Positions 1-9,807 of a stretch of 64,000 nt of DNA are shown here, in pieces; within the stretch, counting starts at the first letter, position 1, and every line of letters begins with the position of its first letter. This DNA comes from a virus. The notes beneath the pieces were generated by a model. The model had not been told where the DNA came from and searched no databases. It saw only the letters and a program-made list of their open reading frames with translations. The stretch covers positions 13,272 to 77,271 of the IMG/VR virus record IMGVR_UViG_3300021088_000001; one strand, given 5' to 3'. A program made the position numbers and the translations under genes.

Positions 1-10
1 TTATTAGTCG

Positions 11-36
11 AAGCAGCTTTTCGCAGAGGCTGCTTT
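11..36 (+). terminator. Hairpin upstream of neck genes (probable terminator after the capsid gene)
   Basis: AAGCAGC..GCTGCTT inverted repeat, short T tail. Confidence 0.45.
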
Positions 37-64
37 AGCGAATAAATTTACTACCGGAGAAATT

Positions 65-529
65 ATGGCAATAGACTACAGTACTAATGAGGGAAAAGTT
101 AGACTCCGGGTAGGCGACGCAGGAGATCTTCAAATCTTTCCTTCAGCCGTTTACACAGGCGCACTAACAGATTGCTCCAATAATCTGCCACGAACAGCGA
201 AACTTGTGGCCCAATATATCCTTGGTGCACTAACTGCACAGACACATCAAAAACTCGCACAAATCGAGGTCTTTGGTGGTGAGTGGTTTGATAACTATCT
301 AGCATTTGTAAAAGCTACGATTCTCAATCCGAATTACATGGAGTACTGTCCTCTTCCATACACACCAATCACAGTAGATGCATGGGGTAATAAAATTGAA
401 GTTCCTTTCATTCAGTTTCAGAAGGATTGGGAGGCCAATTACGTTGGGGGAACTCAATCCCAAGCTCTCCGCTGGACAGCTTACCCAAGCTACCCCGGAT
501 TCGGAGTACCAAGTGGAACTTACTTCTAA
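65..529 (+). CDS. Head-tail adaptor/connector protein
   Basis: GGAG RBS; N-terminal VRLRVGD motif typical of adaptors; first gene of the neck cluster. Confidence 0.6.
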   Translation: MAIDYSTNEGKVRLRVGDAGDLQIFPSAVYTGALTDCSNNLPRTAKLVAQYILGALTAQTHQKLAQIEVFGGEWFDNYLAFVKATILNPNYMEYCPLPYTPITVDAWGNKIEVPFIQFQKDWEANYVGGTQSQALRWTAYPSYPGFGVPSGTYF

Positions 530-538
530 GGAGCTTAT

Positions 539-919
539 ATGGCAGCATATGACCCTTTCCTAAGAGTAGTTTCCAATATGCTCTCTCGATATGGAGGAGA
601 CGGAGTGCTTATATCGAGAGGTGATACTCCCTACAATTACTCTACTTCCACTCAAGAACAACGTGAAGACTGTTATCCTTTGAGAATGCTGGCATTTGAC
701 TTCCTGCAAAAGAAGGATGGAGATAGGCCAATGCAGAACACTCTTATTCAAAGTGGCGACAAGCAAATTTATATGTCTGCAGGCAGTTGGGTTCCTAGAC
801 CAATAGCAGGAGTTGACGAGATAGTCTATAACAGCAGAGTGTACTCCATTGTCACTGTTAAGGAGTTAAACCCTTCTGGCAGCACTACAGTGTACACTGA
901 AATGTTTATAAGAGAATAG
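539..919 (+). CDS. Head-closure (stopper) protein
   Basis: 126 aa; TLIQSGDKQIY and YSIVTVKELNPSG motifs; synteny. Confidence 0.65.
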   Translation: MAAYDPFLRVVSNMLSRYGGDGVLISRGDTPYNYSTSTQEQREDCYPLRMLAFDFLQKKDGDRPMQNTLIQSGDKQIYMSAGSWVPRPIAGVDEIVYNSRVYSIVTVKELNPSGSTTVYTEMFIRE

Positions 920-920
920 T

Positions 921-1346
921 ATGGGATTTGCCGATTCAATCAAGCTTGCTGCAAGCAAGATGCAATCCCAAGTTAACGCCAAGATAGACGAAGTGGCTAC
1001 AGATCTATTCACCACAATTGTTAACAAATCCCCAATATTAACTGGCAACTTATCTAACAATTGGTATGTAGGTTTAGGCTCTGGAAACTATAACTACTCT
1101 TATTCGATGTCCACTAACAAAGATGGTGTGCAGAGTAGGAATCAAATTTCTCTCTTGCGAAATGTCACAGAGTTCTTAGGTAAAGATGGTGAAGTGAGTT
1201 TCACAAACTCTACGCCATATGGCAGAAATGCTGAGTATCTTGGTTGGCCAACACCACAGTGGTCTGGAAGAGTTGGACCATATGCAATGGTGAGAAATAG
1301 CCTGCTTGAAGTGGCTACCAAATATAAAGGAGTAAATCAAGCATGA
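921..1346 (+). CDS. Neck/tail-completion protein (HK97 gp10-like)
   Basis: SPILTGNLSNNW..NSTPYG..EYLG..GPYAMVR motifs. Confidence 0.7.
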   Translation: MGFADSIKLAASKMQSQVNAKIDEVATDLFTTIVNKSPILTGNLSNNWYVGLGSGNYNYSYSMSTNKDGVQSRNQISLLRNVTEFLGKDGEVSFTNSTPYGRNAEYLGWPTPQWSGRVGPYAMVRNSLLEVATKYKGVNQA

Positions 1347-1738
1347 CAGCACGAAGTGAAATTGAGAATAGGCTGCTTGCTTGGGCCAATAGTAAATCCC
1401 CTCCAATTCCTATTGCATCTGAGAATTCTAAGTTCAAGAAGCCAACAGATGGCTCATGGTTAGAATTTGTGATGCTGAATGGTGTTCCTACAAATAGAAA
1501 TGTTGCAGCAGCAGGTTATAGGCTACGAGGCCAATTCCAGATAAATATATATGGCCCTGCAGGAATAGGGGCTGGAGGAATAGAGGAGTTGGCAAATGAG
1601 ATTGTGAATATCTTCCCTGTCATTCCTAAGATTGGAACAGTGAGTATTGAACAGCCTCTTAGTCCAGCACCTTTGATCACAACAATTGGAACTTCGGTAT
1701 GTATGCCGATTACAGGGAAGTATCGCATTGAATATTAA
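1343..1738 (+). CDS. Tail terminator protein
   Basis: ENSKFKKP..W..GQFQINIYGPAGIG pattern; position before the tail tube. Confidence 0.7.
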   Translation: MTARSEIENRLLAWANSKSPPIPIASENSKFKKPTDGSWLEFVMLNGVPTNRNVAAAGYRLRGQFQINIYGPAGIGAGGIEELANEIVNIFPVIPKIGTVSIEQPLSPAPLITTIGTSVCMPITGKYRIEY

Positions 1739-1792
1739 ATTAGGCATGAAGCCGCTAACAAGCCGTAAGGCTATCACTAAAAGGAAATAGAC

Positions 1793-2155
1793 ATGACAGT
1801 CGCAGTAGCAATTACGGCACGTGGTGCTGGTCCGTTTGCAGTAACAAACACTACCCTTACCACTGGTCCAGATACTCTGGCGTATGTTGCTGGTAACGGG
1901 ATGATCCTAGAGTTGGAGAACACCACAGTTGGTAGCATCACTACTACACTGCTTGGCTCTACATCTAGTGCTACATATTCAGTTCCGGGAGCTGGTGCAA
2001 CTACGATCAATGCTGCAGCAGGTTTGGCAGTTGTTGTAGCTGCTGGTGCAAAGTATTGGGTGGAATTGGATAAGATTCAGGCATACCTCCAAGGAGCAGT
2101 GACACTAACATCTACAGCAAGCGGTATGACGGCAGTTTGCGTCAAAGGCCAATAA
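1793..2155 (+). CDS. Putative small beta-rich virion protein
   Basis: Strong RBS; T/A/G/V-rich; lies between terminator and tube genes. Confidence 0.5.
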   Translation: MTVAVAITARGAGPFAVTNTTLTTGPDTLAYVAGNGMILELENTTVGSITTTLLGSTSSATYSVPGAGATTINAAAGLAVVVAAGAKYWVELDKIQAYLQGAVTLTSTASGMTAVCVKGQ

Positions 2156-2180
2156 TTTAACATATAACAAGGAGTATTAA

Positions 2181-2642
2181 ATGACAGCTTCATTGGTCCG
2201 CACCAGTGCTGGTAGCACCATCTCTATTTGCGCTGCTACACTTCCGGCGACATATGATTTGACAGGTTTTGCAGCTTTAACTTACACACTTATCAATGAG
2301 ATTTCTGATCTGGGTGCATTTGGTAAGAAATATAATCTCGTAACATTTATGCCGCTTGGTAGTCGTCAGGTAATTAAGCGCAGAGGTTCATATAATAATG
2401 GCTCTATGTCTCTTAAAATGGGCCAGAGCGTCACTGATGCAGGCCAACTAGCATTAGCGACAGGTCTTGCTTCGGACACATCCAGTTCGTTTAAAGTTGT
2501 TACTCAGTCTGGTAGTACGTACTACTTCACTGCGCAGATTCTGAGCACAGTGACAACCATTGGTACAGTGGATGTTATTACTGAACAGAGTGTAGATTTG
2601 GAGCTTGACAATTCCGTGGTCTTAGGCGCACAAATCGCTTGA
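2181..2642 (+). CDS. Major tail tube protein
   Basis: EISDLGAFG..LVTFMPLG..KRRGSYNNG..DAGQ motifs of siphoviral tube proteins; followed by a terminator. Confidence 0.8.
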   Translation: MTASLVRTSAGSTISICAATLPATYDLTGFAALTYTLINEISDLGAFGKKYNLVTFMPLGSRQVIKRRGSYNNGSMSLKMGQSVTDAGQLALATGLASDTSSSFKVVTQSGSTYYFTAQILSTVTTIGTVDVITEQSVDLELDNSVVLGAQIA

Positions 2643-2669
2643 TGCTATAAACTTATTAAATTAATCTCT

Positions 2670-2700
2670 AAGCCACCATTAAATTGGTGGCTTTTATTTT
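2670..2700 (+). terminator. Rho-independent terminator
   Basis: AAGCCACCA..TGGTGGCTTTT. Confidence 0.8.
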
Positions 2701-2706
2701 ATCTAC

Positions 2707-2735
2707 TTGACACATAACCTTACTTGTGTTATACT
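2707..2735 (+). promoter_or_regulatory. Sigma70-type promoter
   Basis: TTGACA-17 bp-TATACT. Confidence 0.8.
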
Positions 2736-2796
2736 AACAAAGTTACAATCATAAAATAACATTAGCATAAGCTAAATTACCATAAGGAAATATAAC

Positions 2797-3192
2797 ATGT
2801 TTGATGTAAAAAGTCTAGCCATTCGTGACACATTTGTTCTTCATTTGAAACACCCTGTCACAGAGGATAACCTCTATGCAGATGAAGCTAAGAAACAACC
2901 TATCACTATCACACTGTCTTCTACGGCCTCTAAAGCATATCGCAAATTCGTGAATGCAATGCATGAACGTGCAATCAAGCGCGGCGTTAAGAAGCAGTCT
3001 GCAGAAGAGAAGCGCGCAGAAGGTGTAGAACTCTTGGTAGCCGTCTGTATCAGCTCTGAAAATCTTGTCTACAATAAACAGCCTGTGCAAACAGAGGCTG
3101 ACTTCCGTGCATTGCTTAGCGATGATACAGTAAGCTGGATCAAAGAGCAAGTAGATAATGCTCTTGGAGATAAAGAGCTTTTCATCGGCTAG
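2797..3192 (+). CDS. Tail assembly chaperone (G-like)
   Basis: LHLKHPVT motif; lies between tube and tape measure genes. Confidence 0.75.
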   Translation: MFDVKSLAIRDTFVLHLKHPVTEDNLYADEAKKQPITITLSSTASKAYRKFVNAMHERAIKRGVKKQSAEEKRAEGVELLVAVCISSENLVYNKQPVQTEADFRALLSDDTVSWIKEQVDNALGDKELFIG

Positions 3193-3737
3193 TTGTTGAT
3201 GAGTTAATTCTCTATGTGAGGCAGGAGGCGTATTATAACTCTATTCCTCACAAATGTAAAATAACTCGTGCGGAGCAAATAGAGCGCCTGAATAATGGAT
3301 TAGAAGAAACAATAGAAAAAAAGAGCGACGACGACTTCGAGGAAGAAATCAATGCTCCAAAAGTTACAATACTAGAGAGACAAGAAATTCCTATGCCAGA
3401 GATCACTTCAGGCGCGGAATATCTTGTCTCTCTTTTACATTCTGCTGGACAGGCTAAGCCTACAGGAATGGGACTTGTTGGACTTGATTGGACAGATATT
3501 AAAGCTTGGGCAGATTGCTGTGATCTATGGGATACAGTTACGCCAAGAGATTTACAAACGGTATTCACATTGAGCAGAGCTTATGCAAATGAATGCACAG
3601 CAGCTACTCAAGAGGGAGCAAAACCTCCTTATTCACCACCAATTGAAAAAGAACAGCTTGAAGAAATGCGCGATGTTGTGAGTGACAGCATTGATGATAT
3701 TTTTGCAGGTATGATTGCAGCACAACCTACTAAATAA
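3174..3737 (+). CDS. Tail assembly chaperone T portion (probable -1 frameshift extension)
   Basis: Frame is -1 relative to G and open from 3174, overlapping the G stop; no RBS at GTG 3216; LDWTDIKAW motif. Confidence 0.65.
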   Translation, partial: RAFHRLVVDELILYVRQEAYYNSIPHKCKITRAEQIERLNNGLEETIEKKSDDDFEEEINAPKVTILERQEIPMPEITSGAEYLVSLLHSAGQAKPTGMGLVGLDWTDIKAWADCCDLWDTVTPRDLQTVFTLSRAYANECTAATQEGAKPPYSPPIEKEQLEEMRDVVSDSIDDIFAGMIAAQPTK

Positions 3738-3748
3738 TAGGAAATAAA

Positions 3749-4471
3749 ATGGCTAGGCGTGGAAATTTGCAAGTTTGGATTGAAAAGTCTATCACAGTAC
3801 ACGGAAAGAAATATGATTACAGCAAGTCTGTGTATGCCAGAGCAAAATCTCCTATATTAATAGGTTGTCCATTACATGGAGATTTCTTTCAGACCCCTCA
3901 AGATCATGCAAGTGGTTCTGAATGTAGTATTTGTGCTTACTCTAAAAGAGGCGGAAGAAAAATAAACACAACTGAGTGGTTTATTTCTGAAGCTACAAAG
4001 ATCCATGGGAATAAATACGAATATAACTCATCTGTATACCTAGGAGATAAAATACCAGTAAAGGTTATCTGCAACTTACATGGAGAGTTTCTAATTAGAC
4101 CTTGTAGCCATTTAAGAGGGTTTTCTGGGTGTGGAGGCTGCGAGAAGTGCGGATACAAGAAAGAGAAACCAGCGACATTCTATGTACTTGAGTCTGGTAA
4201 TATTGTAAAAGTTGGAATTACTAACAGATTGCTACCAAAACGTCTCTGGCAAATAAATAGAAGCAGCAAACTTGATTTTGCAGTTATATCATCTATCACA
4301 TGTGAAGATGGTAATAAGATATTTGAGTTAGAAAAGAGGGTACTTAAGAAGTTAAGAGCAACTCATGATAACCCCATAAATAGATTTGACGGCCATACAG
4401 AGTGTTTTGTAGATGTAAATTTAACTGAGCTAGAAATATTAATCACAGAGATATATAAGGAGCTTACATGA
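3749..4471 (+). CDS. Free-standing homing endonuclease (two HGxKYxY/CxxHG zinc repeats plus GIY-YIG-like domain)
   Basis: HGKKYDYSKS..CPLHGDF pattern repeated twice; FYVL..KVGITNR; DGHTECF. Confidence 0.75.
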   Translation: MARRGNLQVWIEKSITVHGKKYDYSKSVYARAKSPILIGCPLHGDFFQTPQDHASGSECSICAYSKRGGRKINTTEWFISEATKIHGNKYEYNSSVYLGDKIPVKVICNLHGEFLIRPCSHLRGFSGCGGCEKCGYKKEKPATFYVLESGNIVKVGITNRLLPKRLWQINRSSKLDFAVISSITCEDGNKIFELEKRVLKKLRATHDNPINRFDGHTECFVDVNLTELEILITEIYKELT

Positions 4472-7400
4472 GCGAGGACATCTCAACGCTGATAATGCGC
4501 GTAATAAGTGATGGCATTAAGGATGGAACTAGCCAACTTAATGATCTCACTAAGGCTGCTGCATTGGCTGAAGGGGCTGCTAATAAGCTGGCCTCTACAA
4601 CTATTTCTGCTGGAGCTGCTACCAAGGGTGCCACTGCTGCTCAAACATCTGCTACAGCGGCTGTACAAGCTTCTACAGAGGTATTACGACAGCAGGCTAT
4701 TCAGCAGGCGAGGGATATAGAACTCCATAATCTCGCCGGGAAAGCCTATGCAGCAGAAGCTGCTGAAGCTTATAAAATGAACGCGGCTATTGACGCTGCC
4801 GCTAAAGGGCATACCTCTCTGGCTGGAGTCACTAGAGAAGTGATGGTATCTGTGCATGAAATTGCTATAGGGTCATTTAAACGGCTAGGTGGCACTTTAA
4901 TGGTGCTTGCTAATCAGTTTGGGCTTTTGGGCGCTGCAGTAGCAACATTCGGAGTAGTCACAATAGGTGCATTCGTGGCAATAGCTGCAGCAATCGGCTT
5001 ATTTGCTTTTGCAGCATACAAAGGTTATTCTGAATTAAAAACATTCAATGACCACTTGGCCCTCACTGGAAATTATGCAGGAGTCACTGCCAGCGGAATT
5101 GCTGAAATGGCTAAAACTATTTCCTTGCGTACTGGAGAGTCCACTGTAGATGTGCGTAAGATGGGCATGGCAATGGCTGAAACTGGTGTGTTCACTGAGT
5201 CCAGTATCAAAGTCGGTATGGGGGCTCTAACTACATATGCAAGACTCTCTGGCAAAACAGAGGAAGAAGTAGTGGCACATTTTGCTGGCATGAAAGATGG
5301 CGTCGCTAAGTGGATGATGGAGGAGGAGAAAACTGTTCCTGCTTTCACTGCTACCACTCTTGCTAAAGTAATGGATCTTGAGAAACTTGGCGAACATGCT
5401 AAGGCTGTAGAGTTAGCTATGACTGAGATGGGCGATTTTGTAGAGAAGAACAAACCTAAACTAAATGCTTTTGGAGAAGCTGTAAAATTTGTCGCCGATA
5501 TGTTTAAAGATTTGTGGCAAGGTATGAAAGACCTCACAAATGATGACTCTTTAGAAAAACAACTTGATAGAGCTAAAAAGCTTGCAGATGGATATTATAC
5601 ATTTGGAATAAAGTTTAGTGATGTGTCGACTAAATTAGCAAGTGCTGCTAAAGATAGTATCTCGAATATGCAGGATCAGATAGATGGACAGGGCGTGCTA
5701 AACGCCTTGATTGCAGATGAAACGGCCCATAAAAAAGAGGCACTAGACATAGCTGGCAAAGTACGAACTGCTGAAGATAAGAGAAACCTAGATCTAGAAA
5801 CCAGAGTTGATTTGATGAAGCGGATAAATACAGAGCTGGATAAAGAGGACACTGGAGCACTAACAGCCTTTCAGAAACAAGAGTACCTTAGAGAGCAACT
5901 CAAGCGATACGATGCTGCTCACAAAGTAGCTAAAGAAAAGGGAATGGACGATTCTAAGGCTCTCCGCGATATAGAACTTGAGCGCAATAAGCAATACTTT
6001 GCAGAAATTGCCCGTCAAGAGGATATGGATATTGCTCACTCCCTTTCTGTCGCAAACAAACAGCATGGCGACCAAGAGTACGAACTCACACAACGTGAAG
6101 CATTGTACGATAAGCGCATTGAAGATTTAAAAACAATGCACGATAAAGAGAAAGCTATCACTGATGCCTATGCTAATGAGAAACACACTCCTGTAGAACT
6201 TGCTCAGAATGCCCTTAAGGCTGAGCGTGAACTTAGCATATTCCAAGCTGCAAATGACGCTGTGGAGGCTCGTAGACAAGCTGATGAAGACTCTGTGGCT
6301 GCTAAAGAAACTCAGAGGCATGACCAAGCCATGAAGCACATTGAGTCTACCACTGGAGCTGAGCAGAAGAAACTTGAAGAAGAACTTAAGAATGACAAGC
6401 TCAAGGAACAAAGTATTGGGCAACTCAAGAGTGTGCAATTAGCTGCTCGTCAAGAGATGGAAATTACTCAGAACAAAGACTTAGCATTTAGAATAGAGAT
6501 TGCAAAATTTGCGCAAGAAGAGGCAATTTTGAATGGTAAGTTATCTCAAAATGAGATATCTGAAACCAATACACAAATTGCAGCTATGCAGAAGCTACTA
6601 GGAGTGCGTGAAGAAATTATCACATCTCTTGGTAAGCAGGTAGGACTTGAACAAGGTGTAGAGGCTTCTGCACGGATGACCAAAGATATTGACGATGCTC
6701 TCGCTAATGCTAAGCGTTTTGAAAAAGGAATGACTGCTGCATTTGGAAGTGTTGGCAAAGCAATTGGTGCAATGTCAGTTGCATTCCAGCAGCTTGCTAA
6801 AGATCAGGATATTGCACATCAGCAGTTCTTGAAAGCTTCTAAGGAAGATATTGCGTCTGGCAAAGCTAAGGCCGATTTACAAGCTGCAACAGCAGATGCA
6901 CAAATCACTGGATATGCTAATATCGCTCAAGCGGCTCAAGGAATGTTCGATAGTAACTCTAAGGGTTACGCTGCAATGGGTGCAATCTCTAAAGTGTTCC
7001 ATATAGCTGAGGCTATTATGAACGCTGAGAGAATGATTCAATTGGGTATTACTGCTGTCTTGAATCAAGGCCAAGGTGATCCATATTCTGCATTTGCACG
7101 TATGGCTGCAATGGCTGCAATTGTTGCAGGGCTAGGAGTTGCAATAGGTGGTGCTGGAGGTGGTGGCAATGCTCCAGACTCACATGCTGCAGCACAAGTT
7201 CAAGCAGCTCAAGGAACTGGTACAGTATTTGGAGACACTACAGCTAAATCTAACTCTATCGCCGACTCTCTGAAATTATTGCAAGCTAATTCAAACCTGA
7301 TGTTGCCATTGACTCAAAGCATGACTGGCTCATTGAAGAATATTGAGACATCAATGACAGGGCTGACTAATTTGATTATCAGAACTGCGGGTATTGCTAG

Positions 7401-9705
7401 TGGTACTAACATGGGTATTGAAACTGGCAAGAAGTCTAATCTCACCGGAGCACTTGGAAAGTTATTGAATCTGACACCACTTCAAGATCCTCTAATGAGA
7501 ATGTTATTTGGGTCTTCAACAACGTCGATTACTGACTCTGGCATTCAATTCGGTGGTTCATTAGCTAACTTGCAGCAAGGTAAGGGTTATCAACAATACG
7601 CTAACGTGAACACACAGTCGTCTTCATTATTTGGCCTTGTCCATAGTAGCTCTGACAGCACTCAAACTGCAGCACTAAGTGCAGAAGTATCAAATCAGTT
7701 TGGATTAATATTCAAGAACTTGCAGACTACATTAGTCTCTGTTGCCGCAGGACTTGGAAAGAACGCGACTGATGTTTCTAATACTCTTAACAACTTGGTC
7801 ATTAGCACACAGACAGCATCACTGAATGGACTGAAAGGCCCAGAGCTGCAGACGGCAATTAACAATGTTATCTCTGCTACGATGGATACGATTGCACAAG
7901 CTGCATTCCCATCTATGGGAGCTTTCCAGCAAGTTGGTGAAGGCTATGCACAAACTGTATTGCGTGTGGCCTCTGATACAGAGATAGCCACTACCGCATT
8001 AAAGACCCTCGGAATCACTGCCATTAACTTCAATGACATTGTGAATAAATCAGGAGATGTGGCACTTCAGATTGAACAGCAGAGTATTGCATTGAAAGAG
8101 GGCACAACTGGAGTAAATGAGATTGTGCAAGCTTTCACTGGAACTGCTGCAGATTTGATTACTCAGTATCAGCAATTAGTGGCTGCAAGACAAGCCATGC
8201 AAAATATGGGGCTTGGTGGAGGACTCAATGCTGCCACAGTTCAGGGTGCTGGAGGATTAGCAAACTTAACCACAGCATTAACTGACTATCAGTCTAAATA
8301 CTTCACAACTGCTGAGCAATTGCAATCTGAGACAAATGATGTGAGTAAGCAGTTTGCCGATCTAGGTAAGCAACTTCCAACAAGTCGTGACCAATTGAGA
8401 AGCTGGATTGAAGCTGCTGAGAAGATTGGCGATCAAAAGATGGTTGGGCAATTACTTGCCCTGACAGGTAACTTTGATAAATTGTTTACAGCGATGGGTA
8501 GTGTCAATGGTCTTACCTCTGAAGTAGCTATAGCATTCCAGAAGCTTAAGGATGTTGTAGCTGCACAGAAGTCCACCATTGAGGCTAACTTTTCGACAGC
8601 TTCTACAGCGCTCAGCACACAACATGCTATAGCAATGGGAAGCATCGCTCAAAGTGCTACTGCTGAAATGACGGCTCTTGATCAAACAAGAGAAGCCAGA
8701 ACAGCAGCTATGATGGAGTACATGGCACAAGAGCAGCAGAAGTTAGCTATTGTCACTGCTAATGTAGCTGCTGAGACTTTAGCTGTGTCTGGACTCCAAT
8801 CCATCTTAGGATCTTTGAACACTGCAATCACTGCTACTACAACTTTGACACAATCTCAACTGAGAGAGAATGCGCAGTCAACTCTGCAAACAGCTACAAC
8901 ATCCGCAGATATTGCCAATGTACCGGGTCTTGCCGATGCTATCAAGGAAATCCAGAAGCCGTCTGAGAATCTGTATAAGACTTTTGCAGAATACCAGCAT
9001 AGTCAAGCCGAGGCGTCTAGCGCATTACAGACCATAAAGGACAAAGGTGCTGTACAATTGACAGCTCTGCAACAGCAACTTGCTGCAGACACAGCCACTA
9101 AAGATGCCATTACTGCAGAATCTGCAGCACTCCAAACATCTTTGTTGAATGTATCTGCATCTGATAAAGCTGCTGTAGCTGCTCAAACAGCTATTCAACA
9201 AGCTGCTGAGAATGATAGATTTAACACTGCCCAGAGCGCATTGCAGACACAACACGATGCACAAATAGCAGTATTAGATCAGCAGCTTAACATTGCACAG
9301 ATGGAAGTTAATGCGATAGGTCAAGTTAACAGCTCAGTAGTATCTTTAGGGGCTGCTATGCTAACATTCAGAAGTGCTGTTGGTAACACCCCAAGTGCTC
9401 CAGATATGATGAATTTGAATATTCCTCATTATGATGTTGGAACACCATTTGTCACTGCTGATACTGTAGCAATGGTGCATAAGGGTGAACGTATTATTCC
9501 AGCTTCAGATAACATTGAGATAACTCGCAGGCTGAAGTCTTCTGGTGAGGCTGCTAATGATCCAGAGTTGATGGCTAAAGTACAAGAGTTAATTGAAGTT
9601 ATGCAAATTGGAGATGCCGCTAATGTAAGAAAATCTAACGATATGTATCGAATTGTTAGGCAATGGGAAAATAATGGCATGCCTCCAACAAGAGCTGTAT
9701 TGTAA
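4468..9705 (+). CDS. Tail tape measure protein
   Basis: 1745 aa, Ala/Gln-rich and helical; LALTGNYAG lambda-H-like motif; C-terminal YDVGT..VHKGERIIP. Confidence 0.92.
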   Translation: MSEDISTLIMRVISDGIKDGTSQLNDLTKAAALAEGAANKLASTTISAGAATKGATAAQTSATAAVQASTEVLRQQAIQQARDIELHNLAGKAYAAEAAEAYKMNAAIDAAAKGHTSLAGVTREVMVSVHEIAIGSFKRLGGTLMVLANQFGLLGAAVATFGVVTIGAFVAIAAAIGLFAFAAYKGYSELKTFNDHLALTGNYAGVTASGIAEMAKTISLRTGESTVDVRKMGMAMAETGVFTESSIKVGMGALTTYARLSGKTEEEVVAHFAGMKDGVAKWMMEEEKTVPAFTATTLAKVMDLEKLGEHAKAVELAMTEMGDFVEKNKPKLNAFGEAVKFVADMFKDLWQGMKDLTNDDSLEKQLDRAKKLADGYYTFGIKFSDVSTKLASAAKDSISNMQDQIDGQGVLNALIADETAHKKEALDIAGKVRTAEDKRNLDLETRVDLMKRINTELDKEDTGALTAFQKQEYLREQLKRYDAAHKVAKEKGMDDSKALRDIELERNKQYFAEIARQEDMDIAHSLSVANKQHGDQEYELTQREALYDKRIEDLKTMHDKEKAITDAYANEKHTPVELAQNALKAERELSIFQAANDAVEARRQADEDSVAAKETQRHDQAMKHIESTTGAEQKKLEEELKNDKLKEQSIGQLKSVQLAARQEMEITQNKDLAFRIEIAKFAQEEAILNGKLSQNEISETNTQIAAMQKLLGVREEIITSLGKQVGLEQGVEASARMTKDIDDALANAKRFEKGMTAAFGSVGKAIGAMSVAFQQLAKDQDIAHQQFLKASKEDIASGKAKADLQAATADAQITGYANIAQAAQGMFDSNSKGYAAMGAISKVFHIAEAIMNAERMIQLGITAVLNQGQGDPYSAFARMAAMAAIVAGLGVAIGGAGGGGNAPDSHAAAQVQAAQGTGTVFGDTTAKSNSIADSLKLLQANSNLMLPLTQSMTGSLKNIETSMTGLTNLIIRTAGIASGTNMGIETGKKSNLTGALGKLLNLTPLQDPLMRMLFGSSTTSITDSGIQFGGSLANLQQGKGYQQYANVNTQSSSLFGLVHSSSDSTQTAALSAEVSNQFGLIFKNLQTTLVSVAAGLGKNATDVSNTLNNLVISTQTASLNGLKGPELQTAINNVISATMDTIAQAAFPSMGAFQQVGEGYAQTVLRVASDTEIATTALKTLGITAINFNDIVNKSGDVALQIEQQSIALKEGTTGVNEIVQAFTGTAADLITQYQQLVAARQAMQNMGLGGGLNAATVQGAGGLANLTTALTDYQSKYFTTAEQLQSETNDVSKQFADLGKQLPTSRDQLRSWIEAAEKIGDQKMVGQLLALTGNFDKLFTAMGSVNGLTSEVAIAFQKLKDVVAAQKSTIEANFSTASTALSTQHAIAMGSIAQSATAEMTALDQTREARTAAMMEYMAQEQQKLAIVTANVAAETLAVSGLQSILGSLNTAITATTTLTQSQLRENAQSTLQTATTSADIANVPGLADAIKEIQKPSENLYKTFAEYQHSQAEASSALQTIKDKGAVQLTALQQQLAADTATKDAITAESAALQTSLLNVSASDKAAVAAQTAIQQAAENDRFNTAQSALQTQHDAQIAVLDQQLNIAQMEVNAIGQVNSSVVSLGAAMLTFRSAVGNTPSAPDMMNLNIPHYDVGTPFVTADTVAMVHKGERIIPASDNIEITRRLKSSGEAANDPELMAKVQELIEVMQIGDAANVRKSNDMYRIVRQWENNGMPPTRAVL

Positions 9706-9711
9706 TAAAGC

Positions 9712-9740
9712 AAGCCCCACTCTCAGAGTGGGGCTTTTCT
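9712..9740 (+). terminator. Rho-independent terminator
   Basis: AAGCCCCACTCT/AGAGTGGGGCTTTT. Confidence 0.85.
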
Positions 9741-9741
9741 A

Positions 9742-9770
9742 TTGACAGGATATGATATGTATGATATAAT
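9742..9770 (+). promoter_or_regulatory. Consensus sigma70 promoter
   Basis: TTGACA-17 bp-TATAAT. Confidence 0.85.
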
Positions 9771-9807
9771 TACCATTAGACGACATCATTTATAAAAAGG
9801 AAATAAA

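Noticed and set aside
5073-9713. Minus-strand ORFs inside the tape measure, and similar antisense ORFs across the window
   Set aside because: Shadow frames of long genes; no RBS or recognisable motifs
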